The position numbers and the translations under genes are program-made. The notes beneath the pieces are model-generated. The model did no database searches. It was not told where the DNA came from and worked only from the letters and a program-made list of their open reading frames with translations. A DNA stretch of 64,000 nt from the IMG/VR virus record IMGVR_UViG_3300042375_000684. One strand, written 5' to 3'. The stretch is from a virus. Below, one piece after another: positions 45,718-55,121 of the stretch (the stretch's first letter is position 1; each line of letters opens with the position of its first letter).

Positions 45718-47058
45718 ATGAGTCTATCAAATCGCGATTTAGTTGCAAAGTGGGGCCCAATTCTTGAGCACGCAAACTTCGCACCTATCCAAGATGCCCA
45801 AAGAAGATCAACTACTGCAACTATCCTCGAGAATACCGAACGCTCTATGCGTGAAGATAGAACATCTGTTTCTATGTCTTCACTTCTAATGGAAACACCA
45901 ACAATGAATGCTGGTGGTTACGGTTCAACAGGTTTCAGCTCAGGCGCTGATGCCGGTGGTCCTGTAGCTGGTTATGACCCAGTTCTTATCAGCCTTGTTC
46001 GCCGTTCCATGCCAAACCTTATCGCATACGATATTGCTGGTGTTCAGCCAATGACTGGTCCAACCGGACTTATCTTCGCTATGCGCTCTAAGTATGGCAC
46101 TGCAAACAGCAACAACGAAGCTTTCTATAATGAAGCTGATACCGATTATTCAGGTGCTGGTACACATACTACAGACGGCACTGGTTCAGGTTCAACAAAT
46201 ACCGTTGGTTCACCTGCAAGTGCAAATACTGGTACTGCAATGTCAACCACAACCGCTGAAGCACTTGGTACAACCGGTGGTCAGTTTGCTGAAATGGCTT
46301 TCTCAATTGAAAAAGTTGCTGTAGAAGCTAAGAGCCGTGCGCTTAAAGCAGAATACACCACTGAACTTGCACAAGACTTGAAAGCAGTTCATGGTCTAGA
46401 CGCTGAAACAGAACTTGCAAACATCCTTTCTTCTGAAATCCTTGTTGAAATCAACAGAGAAGTTGTTCGCACAATCTATAACTCAGCAGTTTCAGGTGCT
46501 GCAAACACTTCAGCTGTCGGTGTATTCGACCTTGACGTAGATGCTAACGGCCGTTGGTCAGTTGAAAAGTTCAAGGGACTTATGTTCCAGATCGAACGTG
46601 AAGCTAACCAGATCGCAAAAGACACCAGACGTGGTAAGGGTAACATTGTTATCTGTTCCTCAGACGTTGCTTCTGCTCTTCAGATGGCAGGTGTTCTTGA
46701 TTATACACCAGCACTTAACTCAAATGCACTCAATGTTGACGACACCGGCAACACCTTCGCAGGTGTTCTAAATGGTCGCTTCCGCGTTTACATTGACCCA
46801 TATGCTGCTAATAACTACCTAGTTGTTGGTTATAAAGGTTCCTCATCCTTCGACGCAGGTATCTTCTATTGCCCATACGTTCCACTACAGATGGTTCGCG
46901 CTATCGGTGAGGACAGCTTCCAGCCAAAAATCGGCTTCAAAACCCGTTACGGTATGGTTGCTAACCCATTCGCTCAAGGTTCTAGCCAGGGTCTTGGCGC
47001 TCTTACCGCAAATACCAACAAGTACTACAGAAGAGTTCTTGTTCGCAACCTTCTCTAA
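45718..47058 (+). CDS. gp23: Major capsid protein gp23
   Basis: KWGPIL, LVRRSMPNLIAYDIAGVQPMTGPTGLIFAMR, KSRALKAEYT.ELAQDLKAVHGLDAE and FQPKIGFKTRYG. Confidence 0.98.
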   Translation: MSLSNRDLVAKWGPILEHANFAPIQDAQRRSTTATILENTERSMREDRTSVSMSSLLMETPTMNAGGYGSTGFSSGADAGGPVAGYDPVLISLVRRSMPNLIAYDIAGVQPMTGPTGLIFAMRSKYGTANSNNEAFYNEADTDYSGAGTHTTDGTGSGSTNTVGSPASANTGTAMSTTTAEALGTTGGQFAEMAFSIEKVAVEAKSRALKAEYTTELAQDLKAVHGLDAETELANILSSEILVEINREVVRTIYNSAVSGAANTSAVGVFDLDVDANGRWSVEKFKGLMFQIEREANQIAKDTRRGKGNIVICSSDVASALQMAGVLDYTPALNSNALNVDDTGNTFAGVLNGRFRVYIDPYAANNYLVVGYKGSSSFDAGIFYCPYVPLQMVRAIGEDSFQPKIGFKTRYGMVANPFAQGSSQGLGALTANTNKYYRRVLVRNLL

Positions 47059-47060
47059 TA

Positions 47061-47091
47061 AAAATAAAAGGTCCCGGAAACAACCGGGACC
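47061..47091 (-). terminator. Rho-independent terminator for the minus-strand early block
   Basis: 8-bp stem GGTCCCGG/CCGGGACC, followed on the minus strand by TTTTATTTT. Confidence 0.75.
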
Positions 47092-47103
47092 ATCCAATAA
47101 CTT

Positions 47104-47129
47104 GGCGGATCTTCGGATCCGCCTTTTTT
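47104..47129 (+). terminator. Rho-independent terminator of gp23 with C(UUCG)G tetraloop
   Basis: GGCGGATC-TTCG-GATCCGCC followed by T6. Confidence 0.92.
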
Positions 47130-47130
47130 A

Positions 47131-47733
47131 TTATGAAATCAATTCTGCGTTCCAGTGTGAATGATTATGACTAACGGACTTAAAAAATCTGTATGAAGCA
47201 CCGGAAATTGAAATCCCATAATCTTCTGCTACATCTGCAATAGACTTATATTCGGTAGATCCGATAAAATATGCATATCGCTTGCCATTTTTAGTATTGA
47301 TATCTTGTTTCAACAGATCAATTCCACAGTCTTTATATGCCTTGCGCCAGTGAATACCAGGATTCTTTTTGTTATATTGTTTGAGAAGATTATTTTGTTT
47401 TGCCGTGACTTTATGAACTCTTGAACGACTTTTCAGGAATAAGATAAGAGCTTTTTCACTCCTTTTGGGGTTGGTTTTAATTTCATGGACCAACCTTTTT
47501 GCACTTTCAGTTCTTCCATAGAAGTGTTCTTTTGTTCTTTTATCATATGGTAGTTCAAGTGCTTCTTCTGAAATTAAACCAGTATATACTGAAGGCAGAG
47601 AAAAAATAGCATTGCGGATCATTATGATCATGTATTTTTCATCGGTTTTATTTTTTGTTTTCTTTGCAAGAAGTTTTGCAAGTTTCACAACAGAATGGAA
47701 CTCTTGATCTTTTTTGTCGTTTGATTTGGTCAT
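47131..47733 (-). CDS. Hypothetical protein, possibly HNH-like nuclease with C-terminal HTH
   Basis: T.EH...VT..QN pattern and C-terminal YKSIADVAEDYGIS. It has its own promoter and SD (GAGGAG). Confidence 0.4.
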   Translation of the reverse strand: MTKSNDKKDQEFHSVVKLAKLLAKKTKNKTDEKYMIIMIRNAIFSLPSVYTGLISEEALELPYDKRTKEHFYGRTESAKRLVHEIKTNPKRSEKALILFLKSRSRVHKVTAKQNNLLKQYNKKNPGIHWRKAYKDCGIDLLKQDINTKNGKRYAYFIGSTEYKSIADVAEDYGISISGASYRFFKSVSHNHSHWNAELIS

Positions 47734-47745
47734 GGTAATTCTCCT

Positions 47746-47785
47746 CTATAGAATCAATATAAACCAACTGTATTCATTTGTAAAC
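47746..47785 (-). promoter_or_regulatory. Early sigma70 promoter (diverged cassette copy)
   Basis: TTTACA-N17-TATATT followed by GATTCTATAG. Confidence 0.7.
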
Positions 47786-47795
47786 AAAAGATTTG

Positions 47796-48323
47796 TCAAG
47801 TTGAAAGTAATGTCATGGTCATGTATCTTGAAAACTCTTCATAACCATGATAGAAATTAAAGATGGGTATGTTACGATCTTTGGCAATCCGAAGAGCTTG
47901 TCCAGTTCCACCCCTAGCTTTACCATCACGTGTCCAGCATAGAACGAATTCCACGGGTGTTTTCAAATCTTTTCCAAGTACCTGATATGAGTTTCTAGAC
48001 ATAAATTTCCACCCCTCATCTGACAAAGCGCTTGGTTTTGGATGGTATTTTTCAACAAGATCGGCATTAAATGATGGTACTATATAACTACCTTCACCAT
48101 GTAGTTTAGTCAGTGTGTCAATATATCTTTTGTTAAATCCATCCCAAGGAAGAAAGATTTGTCTGTTAATAACTGCGCCTCTTTCGAATGCAGTATCAGC
48201 GCCATCAGCACCACCAGAGTTACAGGTATAGCCAAGAGACGCTAATCTCTTGGCTATTGCAGTCATATACAGGCATATATCTTTGGGTGTTTCCCTAGAA
48301 CCTATCCCTGCATAGTATTTCAT
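47796..48323 (-). CDS. SLOG / DprA-like Rossmann-fold protein
   Basis: YAGIGSRETP, SGGADGADTAFE and CWT..G...GGTGQALRIA. Confidence 0.8.
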   Translation of the reverse strand: MKYYAGIGSRETPKDICLYMTAIAKRLASLGYTCNSGGADGADTAFERGAVINRQIFLPWDGFNKRYIDTLTKLHGEGSYIVPSFNADLVEKYHPKPSALSDEGWKFMSRNSYQVLGKDLKTPVEFVLCWTRDGKARGGTGQALRIAKDRNIPIFNFYHGYEEFSRYMTMTLLST

Positions 48324-48574
48324 TGCATCCCTAGCGCAGACTTGTACATTTCTAGAACGGCTTCTTCTTCGGCGATAGAATCTGCATCACGCTTTCGAAG
48401 AGCAATCAGCTTTTTCATTACTTTCGTATCATAGCCCCGACCTTTGGCCTCCTGCATTAGTTCTTTCTTTTGATTTTTAATTTCTTTTTCTTCTGAGTCA
48501 AATTGCTCGTGGCGCTCAATAAACTGGCGAAGTTCATCTGCTGTTACATTATATGCACTGTTAGTGTCGTTCAT
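48320..48574 (-). CDS. gapR: GapR / DUF2312 nucleoid-associated protein
   Basis: VTADELRQFIER.E....E.KEI...KE...EAKGRGYDTKVMKKLIALRKRD....AEEEAVLEMYKSALGM. An SD (GGAG) precedes the 48574 ATG. Confidence 0.9.
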   Translation of the reverse strand: MNDTNSAYNVTADELRQFIERHEQFDSEEKEIKNQKKELMQEAKGRGYDTKVMKKLIALRKRDADSIAEEEAVLEMYKSALGMQ

Positions 48575-48584
48575 GTTAGTCTCC

Positions 48585-49748
48585 TTAATTTCCAATTGTA
48601 GATGATTCATAAATTCGATTATGAGTTTCAGTGCAACGGATAAATGTTGCACATTTTGAAAGATATTTCAGTTTTGATGCTCCTGCATATGTGCATGTTG
48701 ACCGGACTCCACCAAGAATATCCTGTATGGTTATATTAACATCACCTTTGTATTTTGTCAATACAGTCCTACCTTCAGATGAACGATAATCTTTCAGTCC
48801 GCCAAAGTGTTTATCATTGGCGGATTTTGAACTCATCCCGTAAAACTTAACAAACTGTTTTTCTTCAATTTTATAATCTTGTATCAAAAACCCTGCATCA
48901 TCTTTTGCATATGAGTTTATCTCATTTGTTTTATAGTATTTGGTAATTACTTCTCCGCCGCCCTGATCATGACCTGCAAGCATCCCACCGAGCATTACAA
49001 AATCTGCACCAGCAGCAAATGCTTTGGCTACATCCCCAGGTGTAGAACACCCACCATCAGCGATAATGTGACCGCCGAGACCATGAGCAGCATCAGCACA
49101 CTCGATGACTGCGGATAGTTGCGGAAAACCCACGCCGGTCTGGATACGAGTCGTACAAACCGACCCAGGGCCAATCCCAACTTTAATGATGTCTGCTCCA
49201 GCAAGAATAAGTTCCTCCGTCATTTCTCCAGTAACAACATTACCAGCGATGATTACAAGTTCGGGATATCTTTCACGAATGTTACGAACATGTGTTACAA
49301 ATGTTTCTGTATAACCATTTGCAACATCAATACATAGATACTTCAGTCTTTCACTTAGTGAAAGATATACTTTGCAAAATTTATCATAATCTGAATTACT
49401 GATACCGATACTCATTGCAACATGATCAGTACGGTAGCGATCACCTGTGTCATAGTTAAAGTAGGTAATCAGCTCCTCTACGGGATATGTCTTGACCAAA
49501 CAGGTGAATAGCCCCTGACGTGCCAGCGTATCAGCCATCTCAAAAGTTCCAACACCATCCATATTGGCAGCCATAATAGGAACACCACGGTAATGCCAAT
49601 CTTCAAAACTATCAGAAAAATTGGGTTTATAATTACGGAATGTAAATTTGCGTTCTAAATCTACTTCTGCTCGACTACCAAGAGTACTTCGCTTTGGCCG
49701 AATAAGTACTGAATTATAATCCAATTTAATTTCATTATCAATTCTCAT
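48585..49748 (-). CDS. guaC: GMP reductase
   Basis: [55 protein letters not shown] and SEG. Confidence 0.93.
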   Translation of the reverse strand: MRIDNEIKLDYNSVLIRPKRSTLGSRAEVDLERKFTFRNYKPNFSDSFEDWHYRGVPIMAANMDGVGTFEMADTLARQGLFTCLVKTYPVEELITYFNYDTGDRYRTDHVAMSIGISNSDYDKFCKVYLSLSERLKYLCIDVANGYTETFVTHVRNIRERYPELVIIAGNVVTGEMTEELILAGADIIKVGIGPGSVCTTRIQTGVGFPQLSAVIECADAAHGLGGHIIADGGCSTPGDVAKAFAAGADFVMLGGMLAGHDQGGGEVITKYYKTNEINSYAKDDAGFLIQDYKIEEKQFVKFYGMSSKSANDKHFGGLKDYRSSEGRTVLTKYKGDVNITIQDILGGVRSTCTYAGASKLKYLSKCATFIRCTETHNRIYESSTIGN

Positions 49749-49914
49749 TATTGTTCGAGAGCTCCTTTAATCTAATTGTGGCAGATATTGCAGCGTCTAA
49801 TTCACCTGGTGTCTCTGACATAAAGACACAATCCCAGAGTTCATTAAATGAAACACCGCTGAAGTATGCATTTCCGATTGCACTACCAATATAATTATAA
49901 TCAGTAATCTTCAC
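49738..49914 (-). CDS. Small hypothetical protein (58 aa, GTG start; below the ORF-track cutoff)
   Basis: Translated by hand. GTGA overlap with the upstream ORF: [18 protein letters not shown]... Confidence 0.5.
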   Translation of the reverse strand: MKITDYNYIGSAIGNAYFSGVSFNELWDCVFMSETPGELDAAISATIRLKELSNNNEN

Positions 49915-50063
49915 TTTCGTTCCTCTGCAATTCGGATCAATTCGGCGAGTAATAGCAATCCTGCAGTTATATGTGCTGCAATAAAACCAAATGCAAGACC
50001 ACCAAATGCAATCACTCTAAGTGTACTTTTAGTGTAAGATAGATATAATCTATAATCTTTCAT
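49911..50063 (-). CDS. Small membrane protein (50 aa)
   Basis: Translated by hand. ATGA overlap; KSTLRVIAFGGLAFGFIAAHITAGLLLLAEL is hydrophobic. Confidence 0.55.
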   Translation of the reverse strand: MKDYRLYLSYTKSTLRVIAFGGLAFGFIAAHITAGLLLLAELIRIAEERK

Positions 50064-50503
50064 CTGTGTAGCGGAAACCTTTTCAGCAGAACAGTTGCAA
50101 TCTCGTCCTTTTCCTTATTTGGAACAAAGATATATGCACAGGTATCCAGCGGAATGTGATGGACTACTTCACCATCAACAATTGGATATGTAGGATCGTG
50201 CACGACACCAGCCACATAGCCCATAGCATTAAAAATGGAGACTACAGGGATAATATCAGCCATTCTGGCTTCGAGGGCCAGGACGGTTCCGAACCCCTGA
50301 GTGGTTGACTGTTCCCACTCGTTGAACCCGTTCATGGTAGCCGTTTGAATACTTTCATGAACTGATTTGGAATTGTATTCTTGTGCATAACCATTGAAAT
50401 GATAAACAAATGCATTTGCAGCATGTGAACCTTGTGCAATTGCTTTGCCTGAATTAAGAGAGTTCAAGTCATTTCTCATCATGATGTACAGAACTGCTGT
50501 CAT
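50060..50503 (-). CDS. Peptidyl-tRNA hydrolase type 2 (PTH2)-like protein
   Basis: LYIMMRNDL..LNSGKAIAQGSHA resembles the PTH2 catalytic N-terminus. Confidence 0.65.
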   Translation of the reverse strand: MTAVLYIMMRNDLNSLNSGKAIAQGSHAANAFVYHFNGYAQEYNSKSVHESIQTATMNGFNEWEQSTTQGFGTVLALEARMADIIPVVSIFNAMGYVAGVVHDPTYPIVDGEVVHHIPLDTCAYIFVPNKEKDEIATVLLKRFPLHR

Positions 50504-50867
50504 TTTTACTTGCTCCCATTAAATTAGTAAGAAGGTGAATTACCGAATGTGTTGCTGCAACCCACGCAAACCCCACAAAACCGATAAGATAGATATGGTA
50601 AGATGATACCATGTAAAGGAGTGAAATTAAAACATTAATTCCGGCTGTATTTGCAACGATTACTTTTGACGCTGGCGGTGTTAATCCAAAACCAGAAAAT
50701 GCAACACTAGCTCCTAGTGTTTGAATTGCAATTACTATACAGATCATTGCCATTACAATATAGAAAGGCCAAATAACTGCAAGTTGTTGAAATGCAAACA
50801 CTGCACATAATTGAATAGTAGCATTCAGATAAAAGAATACCTGTGAGTTTTGTTTTTGTTCTTCCAT
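50469..50867 (-). CDS. Multi-pass membrane protein
   Basis: Several hydrophobic segments. Confidence 0.6.
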   Translation of the reverse strand: MEEQKQNSQVFFYLNATIQLCAVFAFQQLAVIWPFYIVMAMICIVIAIQTLGASVAFSGFGLTPPASKVIVANTAGINVLISLLYMVSSYHIYLIGFVGFAWVAATHSVIHLLTNLMGASKNDSSSVHHDEK

Positions 50868-50895
50868 TTATTTTCTTTCTGGTAGAGAAGCGGCA

Positions 50896-51852
50896 TCAAG
50901 CCGCTTCTGCCATATCAACTGCAAGTTTCAGGGCATTGACCTTACGCTTTGCGTTACCACCGAACCAAGCGGAAGTCAGACGAGTATCTGCGGACCGACC
51001 AAGTTCGTGGTCCGTCATATAAGTTACGGCATTGAACATATTCCAGAAGGTGCCGGGACGAAACTCTGCGCCGGGCTGGTTTTCAACAAGTGCCAGAGCT
51101 TCCTCTGCGGTCCGAGAAAGTTCCTTGTCGTCCTTAGTCGACCGACCGAACACCTCACCGAAGTAAGTTTCCAGATCGGACTTCATGTAGGTCTTGGAAC
51201 CAAGGAACTCTGCAGCATCCTTGAACTTTTCAACCTTGCGGTGAGACAAACCGAGAATTTCTTTGACACGTTCGGCATCAAACTGCGACCGGTGGTTGAC
51301 ACGAACCGATGGTTGGCCTTTTTCATTCAATGCAACAGCAATGGTGTTATTGCAGACCACCCGAGTCAAAACAAACTTCACGTCAATCGAGTTGCCGTAG
51401 AGGTGTGGGTTGGAGAACAACAGGTAACCTTTGACTTCATCACCACCAAAGAGAGTGAAACCATCACGGACATCAGCAAGAGCCCAGACAATTTTTCCGC
51501 CTTTCAGTGAACCGGCAGTATCCATTGCCATGTCACCTTTATGAACAAAATCAGTAAAGAAGTCAAAAGCATCTTTGTTTTGGACGGGGTTCCAACCCTT
51601 GCCGACTTGTGTCAGGATCTTTCCGTCAGAGTCACGAATAAGTGCCTGCATACCGGTTTTGACTTTCTTGTCATTAAACTCGAAGAAAGTGTCGACCTTG
51701 CTGACGGTCCAGTCCAGACCAGCAGCTTTCATCATTTCGTCGGGGGTCATGTCATCGCCGACGGCGACACCCAGTCCGTGCCAGGGGAGACCTGCGGACT
51801 TGCGGTATGCCATTTGAGCTTGACCGTTGATCATTTCGAGTTCGTGTGCCAT
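50896..51852 (-). CDS. DUF932 (phage/plasmid-like TIGR03299) protein
   Basis: MAHE, PWHGLG, AGLDWTV, PVQN..AF.FF, TAGSLKGG..VW and RVVCNNT. Confidence 0.88.
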   Translation of the reverse strand: MAHELEMINGQAQMAYRKSAGLPWHGLGVAVGDDMTPDEMMKAAGLDWTVSKVDTFFEFNDKKVKTGMQALIRDSDGKILTQVGKGWNPVQNKDAFDFFTDFVHKGDMAMDTAGSLKGGKIVWALADVRDGFTLFGGDEVKGYLLFSNPHLYGNSIDVKFVLTRVVCNNTIAVALNEKGQPSVRVNHRSQFDAERVKEILGLSHRKVEKFKDAAEFLGSKTYMKSDLETYFGEVFGRSTKDDKELSRTAEEALALVENQPGAEFRPGTFWNMFNAVTYMTDHELGRSADTRLTSAWFGGNAKRKVNALKLAVDMAEAA

Positions 51853-51886
51853 GGTATAGTTCCTTTCGGTGTGTGTCTGTATCGGT

Positions 51887-51927
51887 TTATAGTTTGAATA
51901 TAAACCGATTCTCCTGATATGTCAACC
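51887..51927 (-). promoter_or_regulatory. Early sigma70 promoter (diverged cassette copy)
   Basis: TTGACA-N17-TATATT. Confidence 0.75.
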
Positions 51928-51942
51928 ATTATTTTGAAAAGA

Positions 51943-52503
51943 TTAATTACCTAGTTTCATAGGTTCTTCAAGTCCAGTCTCGAATGCGCCGTCTGCCCGC
52001 GCAGTTGAAACAATTTTATATTCTGCAAGATCAATACGAGGATAACCAGCCACCCCTAACCAAGTCCCTTGCCAGAAACTACCTAGGGATGTCTCATATA
52101 CCCTTTTCTGGTCTGTGAGTTTGGTCTGTGCTGTCGTGAACTCGTTGCGTCCAGCTTCAATCATTCGCTGTAGTTGAACATATACAGTCGAGTCAATGGT
52201 TGGATTTTGTTCTTGAATCCACTGGAATACAGCCTGTGAACCATTTTCACCATATCGGCCCTCAAGAGCAGCGGTAACCACAGCAGATAGATCATCTCGC
52301 TGCATTGCAGGAACTTGAGCAGCTTCAGCGATCTTGTTGCCGTATTGCGCAAGAATATTTCTGTTATTCTCATACGTTGCTTTGATACTTTGTTCAAGAC
52401 GGTTACCAGTGTTATATGCACTAATGTAACTTCCGACACCAAGTGTAACTGCACCGCCGACGGTGACGGCAAGCACAACAGCGATAATAGTTCCAGTATT
52501 CAT
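51943..52503 (-). CDS. LemA-like membrane-anchored helical protein
   Basis: N-terminal TM segment, SYISAYN...E..I.A.Y.N, EAGRNEF...Q and F...W....GYP. Confidence 0.55.
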   Translation of the reverse strand: MNTGTIIAVVLAVTVGGAVTLGVGSYISAYNTGNRLEQSIKATYENNRNILAQYGNKIAEAAQVPAMQRDDLSAVVTAALEGRYGENGSQAVFQWIQEQNPTIDSTVYVQLQRMIEAGRNEFTTAQTKLTDQKRVYETSLGSFWQGTWLGVAGYPRIDLAEYKIVSTARADGAFETGLEEPMKLGN

Positions 52504-52517
52504 TTTCAGTTTTCTCC

Positions 52518-53618
52518 TTAAAACCTGTTAGTTGGACGTGAGAAGTAATATGTAACCAATGGACTGATTACCAAGAGGATAATTGCAGCAATGATATACA
52601 GCCATGTTGGAGGTGGGATATCTTCTGCTAGATACTCGAAGTTGTCCATTGATTCTTCATCATAGTATTCCATTACTGAGAATTTGATAATATCATTGAT
52701 TCGAGTTTTGTCAATAGTTTTTAAGTTCATAACTTCATCACGGATTGTAATATTCACCAGATCATTTTTGCTCCAGCTACGAACATCAACCCATTTAATG
52801 TTTTCACCATCAGCACCAATTACAACAATCAAGTCATTAATATTATGTGCATCCCATGCTTGTGCTAGTCTTTCCGCCCAATCTGGATTTTGATTAGTAA
52901 CAGCAATAATTGCGTTTGCTCCAGTTTTCCGAATGTCAGAGTTCACCTTTGCAAGTTCTTCATTCCATTTGTTTACAAAATCTGCGCTTGCGGGAATACC
53001 GAAATAGATTACTCTCCGAGCGTTATAGTAATCATAGATATCAGGATATGCAATTGGTGGCACATCTTCATACTTCTGGTTAAAGAGAGTACTCGACGCA
53101 CCTTTAATGTAATTGGTATATGATACGGATTGTGTTACTGGATCACCTACTTTAATTGAAGAAAATCGGGGCGGTGCTGTAGCGCCCTGTCGATCAACTC
53201 TACTAATTTCGTGTTCGGAAATTTCAGTTTTTACAAAATATTTAATTTCCCACGGATAAATTGAACGATATTGTGTCTTGTACTTTGGTGCACAGGTCCG
53301 GATTTTATTCACAGTAGTACACGTTTGTCCATTTCGAACTGATCTAGTGGTTTCATTTGTGCAGAAACTATCGGAATAGTCGCTCCAATTCTGATTACAA
53401 GATTCTTTTCTTGCATTCAATTTTGTCACAACACCATTAACCAATTTTTCGTCGACTGTCTGATAGTGACTTGATGCCATGACAAGAATACTCAATACCC
53501 CTGCAGTAATAGCAGCTTGAATACCCATTTCAGACCATGAAAATTCATGTCGGAAAATAATCTTTCCAATAATAATCCAAGCAATTAAAGGGATGATAAA
53601 AAGAAATGTAATATACAT
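52518..53618 (-). CDS. Membrane protein with periplasmic, possibly TPM-like domain
   Basis: Two N-terminal TMs and one C-terminal TM; Cys-rich insert; NDLIVVIG..I.WVDVRSW. Confidence 0.55.
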   Translation of the reverse strand: MYITFLFIIPLIAWIIIGKIIFRHEFSWSEMGIQAAITAGVLSILVMASSHYQTVDEKLVNGVVTKLNARKESCNQNWSDYSDSFCTNETTRSVRNGQTCTTVNKIRTCAPKYKTQYRSIYPWEIKYFVKTEISEHEISRVDRQGATAPPRFSSIKVGDPVTQSVSYTNYIKGASSTLFNQKYEDVPPIAYPDIYDYYNARRVIYFGIPASADFVNKWNEELAKVNSDIRKTGANAIIAVTNQNPDWAERLAQAWDAHNINDLIVVIGADGENIKWVDVRSWSKNDLVNITIRDEVMNLKTIDKTRINDIIKFSVMEYYDEESMDNFEYLAEDIPPPTWLYIIAAIILLVISPLVTYYFSRPTNRF

Positions 53619-53917
53619 CAGTGAATGGCCTCCGAGATCATTGGTATAAGGTCAATTAGTTCATGAATATATTCTTTATAACCAGATTTAATTACATCCA
53701 CGATATTTACATATTTGGTGTTTGTTTCGATGCAAATCACACCATATGTTTTATCTTTTTTTGGAAAATATTTTTCGATATAGTATTCTGCATCTTCTTC
53801 AGAATCAAAACCAGGTGCTTTGATGATCGGAAAAACATTATGTTTAGCAAAGATAAAAATACCCTGGTAAACACCAAGAAATAGACCGAGTTCTTTTTCT
53901 ACTACAAGATATCTCAT
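53618..53917 (-). CDS. Hypothetical protein
   Basis: 99-aa ORF with coupled overlaps. Confidence 0.6.
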   Translation of the reverse strand: MRYLVVEKELGLFLGVYQGIFIFAKHNVFPIIKAPGFDSEEDAEYYIEKYFPKKDKTYGVICIETNTKYVNIVDVIKSGYKEYIHELIDLIPMISEAIH

Positions 53918-54687
53918 GCGAGAAGTTTTACACCTCCCTGAGGCCCATCGTGAACTTCGCGGTTAAACCGAACAGATTCTGCAGCCTTTTTACCAGCTTC
54001 AAAGGCAGAACCTCTACGGAAGGTCACACCTCCGCCACCACCTTTTCCAAGATTAGCAGTCACATCATTCTTGAAGGAAGTTTCAACAAGTTGCTTTTTC
54101 AAAACAACAAGCGATTTCCCGTTTGACTCGTCAATGTTTACCTTTTTCATATCAATCAGTCGATCACGGAGACGAATTGACATGCCGAGCTGAAATGTCG
54201 TCCGAGCTTTTGCCCGAGCACCTGCCGGCACAGTCCTAGAAAACTTTTTCCATTCCAATTCAACTGCAGCATCACAGATCTTGTAGATATATTCCGCAAG
54301 TTCAACATCGACTGAGTAACCGTAGAACATGATGTTTGATGTATACTTAGGTTTGGTATTTTTCTTGCCCATCTTGAAACCGTCGAACCCCTTCGAGTTC
54401 CAGACTTTGGTATCGGTGTAGGCTGCAATAGCAGAAGCAACAAATTTGTCAACCACCGAAAGGTTCTTTGAACCTTCATTGACATGTCGTTTGGAAAAAT
54501 CACGAGCCGCTGCATTATTCTCTTTGATGTCTGCAAGTGTGACACCGTGTTCAGCCATAAGTTTGGATGCAATCGTCATTGCCGAAGCAGCTTCTGCTTC
54601 AGATGCACCGTTTGCCTCGGTCTTTTTCATGAGAGCAGAGATTTTGGCGCGAATCTTATCAACGTTAGACATGTCAGTTCCTTTCAT
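53914..54687 (-). CDS. DUF2786-domain protein
   Basis: DKIRAKISALMKK....GASEAEAASAM..A.KLMAEHGV. Confidence 0.75.
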   Translation of the reverse strand: MKGTDMSNVDKIRAKISALMKKTEANGASEAEAASAMTIASKLMAEHGVTLADIKENNAAARDFSKRHVNEGSKNLSVVDKFVASAIAAYTDTKVWNSKGFDGFKMGKKNTKPKYTSNIMFYGYSVDVELAEYIYKICDAAVELEWKKFSRTVPAGARAKARTTFQLGMSIRLRDRLIDMKKVNIDESNGKSLVVLKKQLVETSFKNDVTANLGKGGGGGVTFRRGSAFEAGKKAAESVRFNREVHDGPQGGVKLLA

Positions 54688-54688
54688 A

Positions 54689-54730
54689 CCTTATATTTTG
54701 AGTATAAACTGATTCTATTGTCGTGTCAAC
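54689..54730 (-). promoter_or_regulatory. Early sigma70 promoter (diverged cassette copy)
   Basis: TTGACA-N17-TATACT. Confidence 0.8.
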
Positions 54731-55121
54731 TAGAAAAAAGTGAAAGTACACCAAGAATTACAAATATCCAAAAAAACCACACCCACATTGGAGTTTTTCC
54801 ATGGACATTTGGAATTACAGTATTTGTCACTTTTGTAACTACAGTTAAATTTGGATTCACTGTACTTTGTATACTATAACAGTTTTTACATGACCAAACT
54901 GTCTTTTTTCTGCTATATGTTCTTTGTCCGCTATTAAAACCTGCTCTATTTATTGCTCGTTGCGATGCTTTATCACCAAGTCCAGAACCTAAATATGTCC
55001 AGCCAGATACTGTTGCCTGGCTTTTACCTGTTTCTTCGTAGATTTCTTCTTTATTCATTAGTGGTTGTGCTCTCTTAGCGCCACACTTATGACAAGTTTT
55101 ATTTGCATATTTTACTGTCAT
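54726..55121 (-). CDS. Zn-ribbon protein with C-terminal TM segment
   Basis: CHKC..CKNC motifs; hydrophobic C-terminus; TAATG-coupled start at 55121. Confidence 0.55.
   Translation of the reverse strand: MTVKYANKTCHKCGAKRAQPLMNKEEIYEETGKSQATVSGWTYLGSGLGDKASQRAINRAGFNSGQRTYSRKKTVWSCKNCYSIQSTVNPNLTVVTKVTNTVIPNVHGKTPMWVWFFWIFVILGVLSLFSS

Noticed and set aside
50886-50908. 9-bp hairpin around the DUF932 stop codon
   Set aside because: There is no U-tract on either strand, so it is not called a terminator. At most it is an mRNA-stabilising stem.
51007-51897. Plus-strand ORFs overlapping DUF932, and similar ones at 54156-54879, 55776-56279 and 57693-58052
   Set aside because: They are antisense to well-supported minus-strand genes, with no recognisable motifs or expression signals.
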